Source of the DNA: Eledone cirrhosa
Lineage: Eukaryota
Direction of reading: 5' to 3'
Length of the DNA stretch: 64,000 bases
NCBI GenBank assembly: GCA_964016885.1
Contig: OZ024740.1
Span: 289,540,001 to 289,604,000 of the forward strand
Under the pieces are notes generated by a model. The model was not told the origin of the DNA. It searched no databases and worked only from the letters and a program-made list of their open reading frames with translations. Shown piece after piece: positions 26,001 to 39,699 of this stretch. The translations under genes and the position numbers were made by a program. The first letter of the stretch is position 1; each line of letters opens with the position of its first letter.

Positions 26001-27146
26001 CAGATAAGATCATGAGAGTTGGGAAGGAACTCTTCGAGAGATATTCCCTGTGTTATAATCAAATACTCACACCCAGGGATGTCGCTCAGCAGTATTGCAG
26101 TGAATCCATGGATGAAAAACTGCATGCCTATCAGCAAAAAATATTGCATGGATATGTTGCCAGGAAGCTCCAGAGTGAGAGTAATATAGATAAGGAAAGT
26201 AGTCTATCTTGGACCAACAACCGCTATATAGGCTCCCACTTTTAAGGATACGCTTTTGCAATTGCAATGCAAGAACAGGAGATTAGCACGAAATACCTGA
26301 TTCACAAAAGAGATAGGGATGCAGGCAAAACACCTAGATGTGATAACAAGTGCAGACTCTTCAGAACTAACATCGAGGATATCACCCATGTCATCAGCAG
26401 CTGCCCAAAGATGCCATCGCGGTACTATCTACCTTTGAGGCATGATGTAGTGGCCAAAACACTGTACAATGCAGTTCGTAAAAAAGATAGCCCCGATAAC
26501 AAACACATTAAAAGCTACAGCAATGTGGAAGACATCCATGTACATAATATGAAAGAGTACTGGTGGAATGTTCCAGTAAAAACCCTAATAAAATGCAGGC
26601 ATAACAGACCAGATATTATGATATGGGACAGGGAGAAGAAAGCATGCACAGTAGTGGAAATTAGCTGCCCAGCAGATGCCAATATAATATCAAAGATTAG
26701 TGAAAAGGAGAATATTTATGCAGAACTGATGAGAAATCTGCAGATACTCCACCCTGATTACACCTTCAGATTTATGCCTATGATTATTGGGGCACTGGGA
26801 TATGTTAGTAACTGCCTCAATACAAATCTTGAGAAGCTAGGCTTCACAGGAACAGAAAGAACACAACTAGTTAGGAAATTACAAGTACAATCCATTAATG
26901 TAACAGTAAAAATATGTAAAACATTCCAAAGATTTTGCATCTAATAACTGCATATACACATATACAGATGCAAAGCATATACACATGCACACATACAACT
27001 CAAAACATCCACATCCACACATACAATAACATACATATCTACCTAGTTGATGTTGTGTAAATTCCAATGAGAGAGTCTTGTGTCTATGTTAGAAACCGAC
27101 TCTCTCTCTATTGGTAAAACTTTGTGAAATCATAAAACTAGACGAA
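23089..27146 (+). mobile_element. Near full-length R4/Dong-clade RLE non-LTR retrotransposon (family A), frameshifted
   Basis: ORF pieces 23468-26944: NYRPIAC, WLDYRKAFDSV, GIFQGDSLS, FFVDDLKLY, CRL..EDITHVISSC, HNRPDI..VVEISCP; (TACA)n on both sides. Confidence 0.92.
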
Positions 27147-27164
27147 CATACATTCATACATACA

Positions 27165-27545
27165 TGATGATGGCTGCCCCCTCGTTATCGAGTATGGCCA
27201 TTGCACGATATACCATTAATAATAATTATTAATTAATTCTATCGTGCAATGCCTGTGCGTGAAGATATTTTTTAAAGTGAAGAAAGACTGTGCACTGAGC
27301 CAATCCCACTCTGTGAGCGACAGTAGCTATAACCCGAAAAGAAGATCAACATCATCGGTAACTACTGAGCCGCAGGTTTTATGTCGGAGTTATCCCAGTT
27401 TCCTGAGTTGCCTTCTCCTAGAAGAATGCCCTGGCAAAGGCTAGGGGTCCTTCACTCCTAGTGGTTTAACCGGGCGGTACATGTCTATATACATATTTAC
27501 ACAATTTCGGATGGCCGTTGACTCTTATGAGTTCTTCCGCCCCAC
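27165..27545 (-). mobile_element. Non-autonomous RTE derivative, related subfamily
   Basis: Shares gcaatgcctgtgc.tgaag, ttctcctagaa, ggatggcc.ttgactctta with 22433-23041; (TACA)n flanks. Confidence 0.65.
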
Positions 27546-27589
27546 ATACATTCATACATACATACATACACACACACAGACATACATAT

Positions 27590-28151
27590 TAATTGGCAGT
27601 AGCCTTAAGATAGCGTTAAGCACAATAAGGGTGTGTATGAAAGCGTATACTATATGGTTATATACAATAAACATGAAAATCCCTCTATAAAAAACATTTT
27701 TCGTTATGAGAAAATTATTTTTCTCTTTTTTTTCTGTGAATTTATCACATAATCTGAGTAGACGTTGCGAATGTCAGATAACTGTTTCGAGATTCGTTAG
27801 TCTCTCATCAGTGACATTCCCTCAATCAGTACTGAGATAAACATAGACTAAAGCCTATATAGATTTTGCCTATTAAACATTTGCTGGAGATGCTCACTTG
27901 CATATAGCAAATAGAAACCATCAGTTGGAATGCACATTTGCATATAGTGCGAACTTGGCCCATTATAATGAATTGCCAGGAGCACTAAGATAGCGTTAAG
28001 CATAAAAAGTGTATATACATATATGAGATATATGTCATATGTTCACAAAGGCAAAGAGTAAAATAAATGTTTCATTACGAAAAAATATTTTTTCTTTCAT
28101 AGAGAATATCTATTGTATATAAACATATAGTAAATACTTCATATACACCCA

Positions 28152-28155
<4 letters not shown>
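27590..28155 (-). mobile_element. Mini-PLE derivative with inverted arms and hammerhead
   Basis: Diverged arms 27629-27722 / 28061-28150; minus HHR 27769-27819 gaatgtca-CTGATGA-gaga..tctc-GAAA-cagtta-TC-tgacattc. Confidence 0.8.
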
Positions 28156-28204
<49 letters not shown>

Positions 28205-28299
28205 GACATAAATACATATATACATATATACATACAATCACACACATATATATATATATATATACATATGCACATGCATGCATGTTGTTGGACCTCTGT

Positions 28300-28590
28300 C
28301 GATTAATACTACTAGTGGTCTACTTGTTTGATCATCAAAACATTTTGCTTGTGAAATAAAGGTGAAAGTGGTTCAGCTTTCCACACACATGTACCCTTAA
28401 CGTAGTTCTTGGGCAAATTCGGTGTGACATAGTGTGCAGCATGCCCCCGACCCTTGAACTACAGGTGATGCAACTAATTTGTTTTCAGAGTGAACTGGAG
28501 CAACATGAAGTAAAGTGTTTTGTTCAAGGACACAACGCATCGCTGAGAATCGAATTCGTAACTCTTCTTCTTCGCCCACATACTCCTGGT
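28300..28590 (-). mobile_element. Second tRNA-SINE family (CORE-like), diverged
   Basis: gagtgaactggagcaacatgaagtaaagtgttttgttcaaggacacaac..gaatcgaa; similar to 60660-60930. Confidence 0.65.
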
Positions 28591-28599
28591 AGGCTCGTT

Positions 28600-29000
28600 G
28601 TGGCAGAGTCCTCAAAGACTCTTTTCAGCGACTCCTGTCAGAAGCAACCGTCTCCAACTGATCCGGCTGGATTCCCAAGTGAGACCAACCATCTTGCTCG
28701 GGGTCTACACCTGGGTTTCCTACCGGTTGGTTTTACCCGTAAAATCTGTCCAGCGATTATTTCCTGAGACATTCTAACCACATGCCCATAATATCGGAGC
28801 TGTGATCTCTCAATTCAGAGAAGTAGTGGCTCTACCTGGAGTGACTCTCGCACTTTATCGAGTAAAATTACTCTAAAGATCCTTCGGGGGAATCCCATTT
28901 TGGTCGCTTGAATTCGCGATTGTATTCTTTCGGTCATTACCCAAGATTCCTGACCATAGGTAAGAATTCGTAACTCATATAGCAAAATTAAGTTGAATCT
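28600..29000 (-). mobile_element. RTE-clade LINE 3' fragment
   Basis: LTYGQESWVMT..RIQATKMGF.RRI..VRESLQVEPLLL.IERSQLRYYGHVVRM..G..PR.RPR.RW. Confidence 0.8.
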
Positions 29001-29569
29001 ATAATTCAAAGGGGAAACTTATCACAATCTGCTATGTAACACACACACATACACAAAAACAAAAAAAAAATAACAAAAAAAACAAACAATTAGTTAACAG
29101 TTATTACGAGAGGAACCCATTCTATGACCAACCATTTTCTCGCTAACTTTTTAAACGTAACCTATTTTAACAGGAATCTTATATGAAGATTACTACTTTA
29201 GTGCAGAGTTACCGTCATAACAGGAACCTCAGTTAAACTTTACTCTTCCTTCCATCTTGTACTGAAATGCTTCTTTCATACACTGTGTACCGGTGCATCT
29301 CCTTGTATGTTAAAGGCACATGTCTCTGTGGGATACTCAGTCACTTGCACATTAAATTCGAAAGCAGTCTGATCTGTTGATCGAACAACAGAAACAGTGC
29401 AGGTCCAATTCATACCATTTTCCTATACTAATAAAACAACGTCACAGAAAATAAAAAGTTCAAGATTAATTTATTATTTAGCTGTTTTATCAATCAAAGT
29501 CCTATAAACAAACCTACAGAAACACACGCTCAAAGATATAAATATATGTTTATATAGCGTAAGCAATGC

Positions 29570-29863
29570 CCTGGTGTATTGAAGTGCCCTGAGTGAGAAA
29601 AGTTTGCTCGAGCAAATCTGGTCTCGGGAGCCACATTCGCAGTCATGTTTAAAAAGAACCAGTGAACTATGATCTCCATGGTATTGTGAAGGTTCACAGA
29701 CAATCTGATGCAAGACCTGAGGCCAGGGAGATCCATAGTTGTCGTCAATGGTCAATGTGCGAAAGAGTGCATGTCTCTAGCAGGCATGAAAAGCCATATC
29801 CGAGCGTCACACATCTGAATCTGACAATCGATTGCAATACTCTTAGCAGTGTTTGAAGCCATC

Positions 29864-29867
<4 letters not shown>
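29570..29867 (+). mobile_element. RTE 3' end with tandem C2H2 finger remnants and (ATGT)n tail
   Basis: Decayed ..SKSGLGSHIRSH and ..MSLAGMKSHIRASHI*; 3'UTR matches 58360-58400 in reverse complement. Confidence 0.65.
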
Positions 29868-29896
<29 letters not shown>

Positions 29897-29970
29897 TGTA
29901 TGTATGTATGTATGTATGTATGTATGTATGTATGTATGTATGTATGTATGTGTGTATGTATGTATGTATG

Positions 29971-32900
29971 TTATCTCTTTTTCTTAATTTCGAGTATATT
30001 TTTTTGACCGGCCACCTTCCTGACGGCAAGGTTGTAAAAGAAAAGAATTTGTCATCCCTTGAATCGCAAGAATGTTTTGCAAATTTTGAAGGTGCCAGCT
30101 ATCGCAGCCATTGAATTAGGGAGCTGCGCTCTTTGTCCGCAAATCCAAGTTCAGTCATACTTTGGTCCAAGATGGTTGGTATATAACCCGTAGCTCCATT
30201 AATGACTGGTATGAAGCTAAAGGTGTATCTTGGATACTGGATTTGCAAACTCCTCATCAATGGTCCATAGATGTCCTCCTTCTCCTGTATTTTTTCTGAC
30301 AACGTTTACATCAAGTGGGCAGCTGATCTCCACAACAGAACACGTTTTCAATGTGTAGCCCCAAACAACAATATCAGGCCGGTTGTGCTTTAATTTGGTG
30401 GCAGTTTTTATTTTCAGGTTCCACCAATATTCCTTAGTGCCATCTGTCTCAATATATTCTTCCTCGTTTATTGTTAATTTTGTTTTCCGAAGTGCGTTCC
30501 AGATGGTTTTAGCTATCCCATCGTGTCTCATGGGGTGGTAGTAGAGGGATGACATTCTTTCGCAGCTGGCAACAATGTGGCTTACATCCTCGATATTTGT
30601 TTTACATAGCCTACATTTATTGTCAGCTGATGGCCCTCCTCTTTTGTGCAGCAGATATTTGGTAGGGAGTTCTTGTTCCTGTATTGCATAGAGATATCCC
30701 TCAAGGTGTGATGTCATAAACTTGTCGGGACTCCATGCCAGGCCTTTTGAGTGGTTTATCCCCTCTATGGTCTGTGTTTTACGTCTCAAGTATCCATGCA
30801 CAACTTTTTCTGTAAATTGGTCAATTTTTTCATCTTGTTTGAACATTGAATAGGATCTTGCGATTTATCTGGGTGAGAGATTTATCTCTCCTCCAGATCA
30901 GTGGCTATTCTAATGATATATTGTTTTTCATGCTCATAAACCTGGGCAAGATGGTTGCCAACCTTTTACCTCTGTTGAAGGTGTTGCTTCAGTGTTACTA
31001 TCCGAGTCTCATATGATGTTAATATGGATTTTAGTCCCCGGCCACCTTCCTTGCGTGAGAAGTATAGCCTATCCACATCACCATTAATGTTAAAGTTCCC
31101 AGTTCTAACATCCATCTGACTTAGTTCTTGCAATGACCAGTTCAGCAGGCCAAATGTTGGCGTTAGAATTGGCACAGCATAAGTATTGTGGGCAATGTAT
31201 TTGTTGTACGCTGACAGTTCTGATGACCATATTTTCTTTACTCTTCTGAGGTATTCAGTTCTGGTTCTCTCCTTATTTATGGGTCCATCATATCTGACAT
31301 TCTCATCCTGTCCAAGGTATCTGTAGTTGTCACTTGACTGTAGAGGTTGTATTGTCAGGCCGTTCATCTCTAGATTTCTAGAGGAGGGCACAGCTCTTCC
31401 ACGTTTTACTGCCAAATATGCACACTTGGACTCACCAAATTTCATTTTGATGTCTGTTGAAAATTGTGTAATGGGGTTCAATTGTTTCTTGATGTCATTG
31501 CTATTTGGCCCATACAACTTCAGGTCATCAACAAAGAAAAGATGGGAGATACTTCTGGACCCACTTCTTTGTCCACCTTGTTTCCTGAGTAGGTAAGATA
31601 GTGGATTTAGTGAGAGAACGAAGAGTAGCACTGACAAGCTATCACCCTGAAAGATGCCCTTCTGGTAAAGTATCTTATCAGTCTTAACTTGCTCCTTCTC
31701 ACCTCTAACGATCAAATTGGTGTACCAGCTTTTGGTCAGACGTTCAACAGTAGCTACCAGTGGTAGTGGGACTTTGGCTAACTGTAAAGCCTTATCAATC
31801 CACCCATGAGGTACACTATCAAATGCTTTTTGATAGTCCAGCCACACCACAGTCATGTTTCTGCGATTCTTTGTTGTTTTTTCTTGAATCATTTTATTAG
31901 TTAGTAGGTGATCTATGCAACCCCACACCTCCCTCTTTCCACCAGCTTGCTCAGGTGTTATGATGTTGTTGGTAGCACAGTGATCCTGTAAGAACAGGTT
32001 AAGGCACCCAGTATATAATTTATACATGATGTTTTAGCAGGCTATTGGGCGGTAATTTTTAGCAAGGGTGGTTTGGCTATTTTTGGGAATGAGGAGAGTA
32101 GTGGCAGTTGATAACCATCGGGGCAGTTCTTGTGTGCCTTTAATGGTTTCTATAAACAGCCCTATGAGATCTTGCCGATAGAAAGTGAAATTCTTCAACC
32201 AGCATCCTGTAATGAGGTCTGGGCCTGGTGATTTCCTATTCGACATTTTCTGTAGAGCTGTTTCCAGTATTGACCCATCTATGTCATATTGTTTTGTCTG
32301 GACATGTTGGCAGTAGTCCTGTTCCAGTTCTTTTAGCCAATTAGCTTGTCTGTTGAATCCGTCATCCGTTTCCCATACAAATCTCCAGTAGCTCTCAACC
32401 TGTTCTTTTGAAGGGGTGTCATTTACAGGGATTGAGCTTTTGCCACCGAAGCTGCGATAAACTGATTTAGGATCTCTGGCAAACAATCTATTTAGCACTT
32501 GTCGTTTATGTGCTGTTGACTTATATTTTAGTCTTTCTGTTGTAGCTGTGAGTTGTTGTTTCAACTGGTGTAATTTGGAGTTCAAAGTTTTAAATTTTGT
32601 ATCTCCAAATCGTCTCTCTAACTTTTTCTTTAGGTCTTCCTGGTGTCGTGTGAAGTTGCTCTCTATGTTGCATTTCATAACGACTGCGATGTGTGAGATA
32701 CTTCGTCTCAGGGACAAAATTTTGCTTTTTAAATTTCGCATCCACGCTGGTTCAGGCTTTCTGTTTGTATCTTGATTGCGTGGTTTTAGATGTGTGTTAT
32801 ATGATAGCAATGTGACAGCTGAAACATATAACAAAACATTAAGCGTTTCAAATGTCTTTTCTACACCTTTAGATCGTATAGCCTTCAGATAATTGCCAGC

Positions 32901-34146
32901 TATTTCGTTCACCGCTTCCAATTCCAATTTAGTGGGTTCTTTACTGACTCTAGTGTTGTATGGTCTGTCACTCACATTAAGGCTGTGTATCTCTTGAAAC
33001 ATATGGTTCCATATCACTTATAAGGTGTCCACAAGTTTTTGGTGCTCTGTTTGTTCAGTAGAGTCATGAATTTCAGCCTCGTTGTTGATGTGGTGACAAT
33101 TACTACTAGAGTCAGCTGACCTTTCTCGCTGTTCTTCAGTGGAAGTGGGATGGATTTCAGTAAAATTGTTGGTGAGCTGCTCACTGTTAGATTTAGCTGG
33201 CCATTCTCTTTGTCTGTCAGTGGAGGTGGGGTGGTTGTCTACAAGGGCTGTATTTGTAGTATCACTCAATTCCGTTAGATGTATCAATTTACATCTAATG
33301 ATACGTTTTGCCTGTTCATTTAAATGCTTTGGAGAAAAGTCTAATTCTGGGTGTTTGGAGTTCCATAAAGATTTTAGCCTTTGCATAAAACCGAACTTTT
33401 GGGGTTCAGATTGTTTGTATGCTTCATATAATACTTTGTTAAGCTCGTAGCTCCACTGTGTACAACGGTTGTAGTTGCGATTTGGTCGAAGGAGACTTGT
33501 ACATTTTGCCATGATGAGTTCGTCTATTCACTAATATTTCGTATTTATTTTTCAAAATAGTCGATGATCTTCTTTAAAAGTTACGACAAAGTTCTGTCAG
33601 AATCAAATTTAAAGTTATTCACAGCTTGGGTAATATTTCTTTTCAGTTAGTTTTTAATTCTACAACTGTGTTTTAAACGTTGTTCTTGAATCGTTTGAAT
33701 CGAGAACAAAAAGAACCGTTACTTAGTATATTCCTTTATGAATGTAATATAATATAACAACGCGGTATTTATATGTTAAAGTTTATGTATCATTCATATA
33801 AATAGGTGTTCTACAACCTATTCACAACATATTCACAGTTCAAACACTTATATTTTTGTTTCTGAATCGAAAACGTTACTTGTATATTTCTTTATAAATG
33901 TAATATAACAACGTTGCATTTATATGTTAAAGTGTATGTATCGTTCATATATCATAAGTGTATGTATCGTTCATATAAATAGGTGTTTTACAACACACTT
34001 ACAGTTCAAACACTTATGTAGAATTATTGTATGTAATCTTACCACGTAATGTAGCTCAACTTTTTCCAATATATGGTATGTTGCCTTCATGTAAGCCGTA
34101 ATTACACACGTCAGATTATCGGACAGTGACCACAACGGTCGCCATT
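29971..34146 (-). mobile_element. Near full-length R4/Dong-clade RLE retrotransposon (family B), few disruptions
   Basis: ORF pieces 33512-30060: NYRPIAC, WLDYQKAFDSVPH, GIFQGDSLS, FFVDDLKLY, CRLC..EDVSHIVASC, HNRPDI..VEISCP; (TATG)n at 29868-29970 and 34147-34230. Confidence 0.93.
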
Positions 34147-34230
34147 TATGTATGTATGTATGTATGTATGTATGTATGTATGTATGTATGTATGTATGTA
34201 TGTATGTATGTATGTATGTATGTATGTATG

Positions 34231-34612
34231 TTTTTATGTTCTGGTTTTATAATTTCACAAATTTTTCTAATATAGTTACAAGACTCTTTCATTGGAATTT
34301 ACACAACATCAACTAGGTAGATATGTATGCATGTCTGCATGTGTGTGCCGGTATGGATGTTATTGTATGTGTGGATGTGTATATTTTGAGTTATATGTGT
34401 GCGTGCACATATGCTTTGTATCTGTACAAGTGTATATGCAGTTATTAGATGCAGAATATTTGGAATATTTTACATATTTTTACTGTTCCATTAATAGATT
34501 GTACTTGTAATCCCTAACAGGTCGTGTTCCTTCTGTTTCTGTGAAGCCTAGCTTCTCAAGATTTGTATTGAGGCAGTTACTAACATATCCCAGTGCCCCA
34601 ATGATGACAGGC
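34231..34612 (-). mobile_element. R4/Dong family A 3' fragment
   Basis: Reverse complement of ~26780-27146; (TATG) on both sides. Confidence 0.9.
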
Positions 34613-34627
34613 TGTACGTATGTATAG

Positions 34628-34718
<91 letters not shown>

Positions 34719-34719
34719 A

Positions 34720-35012
34720 ATCTGATTCTTTGGAAGAAGAATCAGGATGGAGAGAGAGGTGCTGTACCCCAGCAAGTTTTATGAAAGGTGGGTGAAAGTG
34801 GCGAGAATGGCCCAAGTGAATGGGCCTTCTCTCTATATCAGCCTGTAGGTTGAGGAAAAAGAGGAAGAGAGGAAAGGGGTACCAACTCTTCGTACGCCTG
34901 GAGGTGAGGGTTGCACATTTTTTCGGGCGTATGTGTTACCCATATGAAATGTTTCCCTCTATTGGGGAAATCGATTAATTTTTAAATTGCATTTGTGATA
35001 GTATTTTACACG

Positions 35013-35016
<4 letters not shown>
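34720..35016 (+). mobile_element. L1/Tx1 3' fragment
   Basis: ggagagagaggtgct..gaaaggtgggtgaa.gtggcga matches 52030-52130 in reverse complement. Confidence 0.75.
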
Positions 35017-35096
<80 letters not shown>

Positions 35097-35225
35097 AGCC
35101 TTTATTCTTATAGCCTGGTCTAATTGATTTTTTATATGGTTAATTATGCTAATTGGAAGAGGAAATGGTATATATTTTATCTAATAATTCTAAGGACATG
35201 ATTTATGATATATATATATATTTTT

Positions 35226-35370
35226 TTTTTTTCAATCACATAATTTTTTCAATCACATAATTTTTTCAATCACATAATTTTTTCAATCACATAATTTTTT
35301 CAATCACATATTTTTTTTCAATCACATATTTTTTTTCAATCACATATTTTTTTTCAATCACATATTTTTT
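35226..35370. repeat. 17-19-bp minisatellite (ttttttcaatcacataa) x ~8
   Basis: Directly visible. Confidence 0.9.
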
Positions 35371-35564
35371 AATTTGTTTGACCCGAATTACTTGGTCGTT
35401 TCTATGGCTATGCGGATGACGGTTTAACCATCGTCTCAGTGTGTTTGGCCTTTAACGTATGTTGCAGCTCTGGTTCGTCAGAATTATTGAGCGCTCGCCA
35501 TACATCTCGGAAGTTGTTTTTCGCTAATTCCAAAGCATAAATTCGATTCTCGCTAATTTATATT

Positions 35565-35599
<35 letters not shown>

Positions 35600-35889
35600 G
35601 TCTGCACACACAAATACATATATATAGGTGGAAATTTTCATGTAAATATAAAAGAATGTGTACATTTATTGTCCTTTAGTAATTTGTTTATGTTAATAAG
35701 AATGGGGAAATATTATTCACACAAGAAATATTCTGAACATGTCCTTCTACATGATAAGAATTCTTATATATGTATCTGTAGGGTATATTTTCTTAAATAT
35801 ATTATTAAGATTTAGTCTAAAGTAGATAGACATACACTTACGTACACACTCATTCTCTCTCAGTCTCTCCACACACACACGTTTATATA

Positions 35890-35966
35890 TATAATTGTTT
35901 CTACTTTTGGCACAAGACCAGCAATTGTCCCAGTGTATTACTGGTATTTTAGATATAATATATGTA

Positions 35967-36001
<35 letters not shown>

Positions 36002-36016
36002 TATATGTACATATAT

Positions 36017-36047
<31 letters not shown>

Positions 36048-36146
36048 GTTTATATATATATATATATATAATTGTTTCTACTTTGGGCACAAGGCCAGCA
36101 ATTGTCCCAGTGTATTACTGGTATTTTAGATATAATATATGTAATA

Positions 36147-36215
<69 letters not shown>

Positions 36216-36231
36216 ATATATGTACATATAT

Positions 36232-36330
<99 letters not shown>

Positions 36331-36336
36331 CATGTA

Positions 36337-36340
<4 letters not shown>
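35890..36340 (-). repeat. Tandemly duplicated SINE 3' tail + (TA)n units
   Basis: ataattgtttctacttt.ggcacaag.ccagcaattgtcccagtgtattactggta at ~35891 and ~36068. Confidence 0.8.
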
Positions 36341-36369
<29 letters not shown>

Positions 36370-36524
36370 TGTATGTATGTATGTATGTATGTATGTATGT
36401 ATGTATGTATGTATGTATATATATGTATGTATATGTATGCATGTATGCATGTATGTTTGTATGTTTGTATGTATGTATGTATGTTTGTATGTATGTGTGA
36501 TGTATGTATATATATATATATACC

Positions 36525-36596
<72 letters not shown>

Positions 36597-36823
36597 ATGT
36601 AATATATGTATACTTATGTATGTATGTATGTTTGTATGTATGTATGTTTTTATGTATGTATGTGTGATGTATGTATACATATCTATATCTATGTACGTAT
36701 GTATGCTTGTTGCGCGCAAAAATGCACGCACATAAACACACGCACATACACACACATAAATACCCAAACATACACACACACACAAACACACATCATATAT
36801 AATCTCTTCCACTCACTCACACG

Positions 36824-36924
<101 letters not shown>

Positions 36925-37309
36925 CACACACACTTATATATCCATATACATATGCATACAAATGCATACATAAATATATATATATACGTCGCCAGAAGGA
37001 TTGATGACCGGAGGCATGGTGTTAGACATATAGGTAGACAAACAAATACAAAAGAATCAGTGTTATTAACAATTGAACAGATATATAAGTAGATAGATAG
37101 ATAAATAATGAGATGTTTGCTAAACTGTAAAGACAAATATATTTCCATATACACCCCACTTTATTCCACCCAACACACATATAACTATGTACATGTGTGT
37201 GTGTTTATCAGTGTGTGCTTATGTGTGTGTGTTTGTATGTACGTACGTATGTATGCATGTACGTGTGTACGTACGTATGTATGCATGTACGTATGTATGC
37301 ATGTACGTG

Positions 37310-37383
<74 letters not shown>

Positions 37384-37741
37384 CAATGTTGTCTCTTATA
37401 ATCGTACTCTCAGTTAAATCGTGCGAAACCATTTTGCTGGTTTGAGAGCTGATGAGGGTGATAATGTATTTATGTATAAACTTGTACATCGTCTTTCTTT
37501 ATTTCCTTCTTCCAGTCACTTCTGTGGGACAGTGCATTTCTCCTTGTCCTCCTTCTCTTTCAATCTTTTCTATCTTTCATCTGCCTGTCACCCATAATGT
37601 GGATTGTTTCTCTGCTGACCACTGCCCACTGGTCTCTCTCATTGAGGCATCTTTACCCATCACTGTCTTTGACAGCATTTACCTGATTTAACCGCTGTTC
37701 TTGCGATATTTTAATAATTTTTTATATGTATTCAATGAATG

Positions 37742-37770
<29 letters not shown>

Positions 37771-37772
<2 letters not shown>

Positions 37773-39599
37773 GGGCGGGTAAAATTCCCGAAATCCATGG
37801 ACGAGTTCTCTCCAGCGGTCTCTGTCCCTCATTATCGCTGCCATGTCCTGCGTCTCCAAGAGACCAGTGCCTGCCTTTAGGGCATCAACATATATTACCT
37901 TCGGACTTCCTCTTCCAGTGTGTCCATGCAGGGGTTCCCACAGGAGCACTGAGTGCAGTGTCAACTCTGGATGTCGGTGAGCATGTCTCGCTAACCTCAG
38001 TCTCCTCTGTGTCACTTTTTAGCTGACTTTTGGGAGGCTCCCATACAGCTCTGAGTTCTTCATGCTCAGTGTATACTGATTAATGTTCAGAGCCATCCTC
38101 AGTATTCTCGTGTAGCACCCATCCACCATCTGGGTGAGTTTCTTGGTCAGTGTCCATGTCTCAGACCCGTATAGTAACACAGACTCCACTGCAGCAACGA
38201 AGAGGCGGATCTTCAGGTCTTTACGAAGGTCCGACTTCCACACTGATCTCAAGCTGTGGCACGCCGCCCAGGCTTTGCTCTTCCTCTCGACCACCATATC
38301 TTCCGTATTCCCAATCTTTGCTCCCAAATACAGGAAGTACTCAACCAATTCTAGCGGCTTCCCGCCTACATTAGTAATCTTCTCTGGCTTCTTAATATTC
38401 TCTACCAAATATTTTGTCTTAATCTCATTCATTCTCAGCCCCACACTCATAGACACAGTCTCCACTTCCTGCATCAAATCCTCTGCCTCCTTCGCTGTGT
38501 TTGTCACCAAAACTATCTCGTCGGCAAATTCAGCATCCGATATCTTTTTCGCATTTACTCTCCTGCTCTGAACCGGTATTACAGTAAAGCCAAAGTCCTG
38601 GTGTTTCTCCAGCGCAAGGCGTATACAATAGTCCACTGCGATGATAAAAAGGTAGGGAGCCAATGTATCTCCCTGGAGCACACCAGCTCTATCGTCCCAT
38701 CAGGTGCAATGACTTGTGCTTTGGTGTAGAGCAGTGATATCAGGTCCACTATCTTCTTGGGGATTCCATAAGCCTGTAAGATCTTCATCAGGCAGTGACG
38801 GTCCACAGAATCAAAGGCCTTCCTAAAGTCAATGAAAATCATGACCGCAGGAAGGCACTTTGCTCTGGCTGCCTCTAATATCCTCCTGTGATTGGCGGTT
38901 GATATTCTGGTTGTTCCTGAGTTTCTTCTCCATCTCGGGCTGGATCCTATTAAAAATCATCCTGTTGAGGGTCTTTGTCACAAGTGACGTCAGTGAGATC
39001 CCCCTGTAGTTGTTGGTGTTAGAGAGATCTCCCTTCTTTGGGATTGGGACGACGTTACTGATCCTCCACTGATTCGGGACAACTCCTTTCTCTAGTGCCT
39101 GGTTACAGAACTCCAGGATGATATCATCAAAATCACACCTCTTCATCACCTCTGATGCCACTCCATCATCTCCATAAGCCTTGCCCTCCTTGATCTTCTT
39201 CTTGGCTCTCTGAAGCTCCTCTCTGGTGAAGGGCCCTGTCTCAATATCCAGTTCCTCAAACAGCCGCCTGATCCCCCCAGTGTTCTGGGCTGTGGAGGGC
39301 GGGTCTCCTAGTAGGGTCCTAAAAGGGTCCAGCCATAGAGAAGTGAAGATCCTTGCTGGTACTTCCATAACAACAACAACCGAAATGGAAGACTACTGAG
39401 AGACACCCTGCTGGAGGTGAACTTGATGGTAACCAACCTAAGGTTTAGGAAGAATCCGGGGAAGATGTGGATCTACATTTCAGATATGCACCTGACCAAG
39501 TCCCAGATTGATTTCATTCCGGTGAGGAAAAAGTGGCGGAATAGTGTTCTGAACACAGAACCATACAACTATTTCAGTACACTGGGTAGTGACCACCAG
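37771..39599 (-). mobile_element. RTE-group LINE, decayed RT on minus strand with an inverted AP-endonuclease fragment at its 5' end
   Basis: NYRGISL, FIDFRKAFDSV, LQGDTLAPYLF, FADEI, LLYGSETW; plus-strand 39370-39599 SQIDFI..LGSDH; (TA)n tail. Confidence 0.9.
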
Positions 39600-39692
39600 C
39601 AATTATTCCAGTGCATTACTTTACTGATACTTTATTTTATCGAACCGGTAAGGATGAAAGGTAAAGTTAACGTCAGCGGGATTTAAACTCAG
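39600..39692 (-). mobile_element. SINE fragment
   Basis: tactttattttatcgaaccggtaaggatgaaaggtaaagttaac. Confidence 0.75.
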
Positions 39693-39699
39693 ATCAAAT

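Noticed and set aside
35226-35370. CRISPR-like regular repeats
   Set aside because: No unique spacers; a simple minisatellite in eukaryotic DNA
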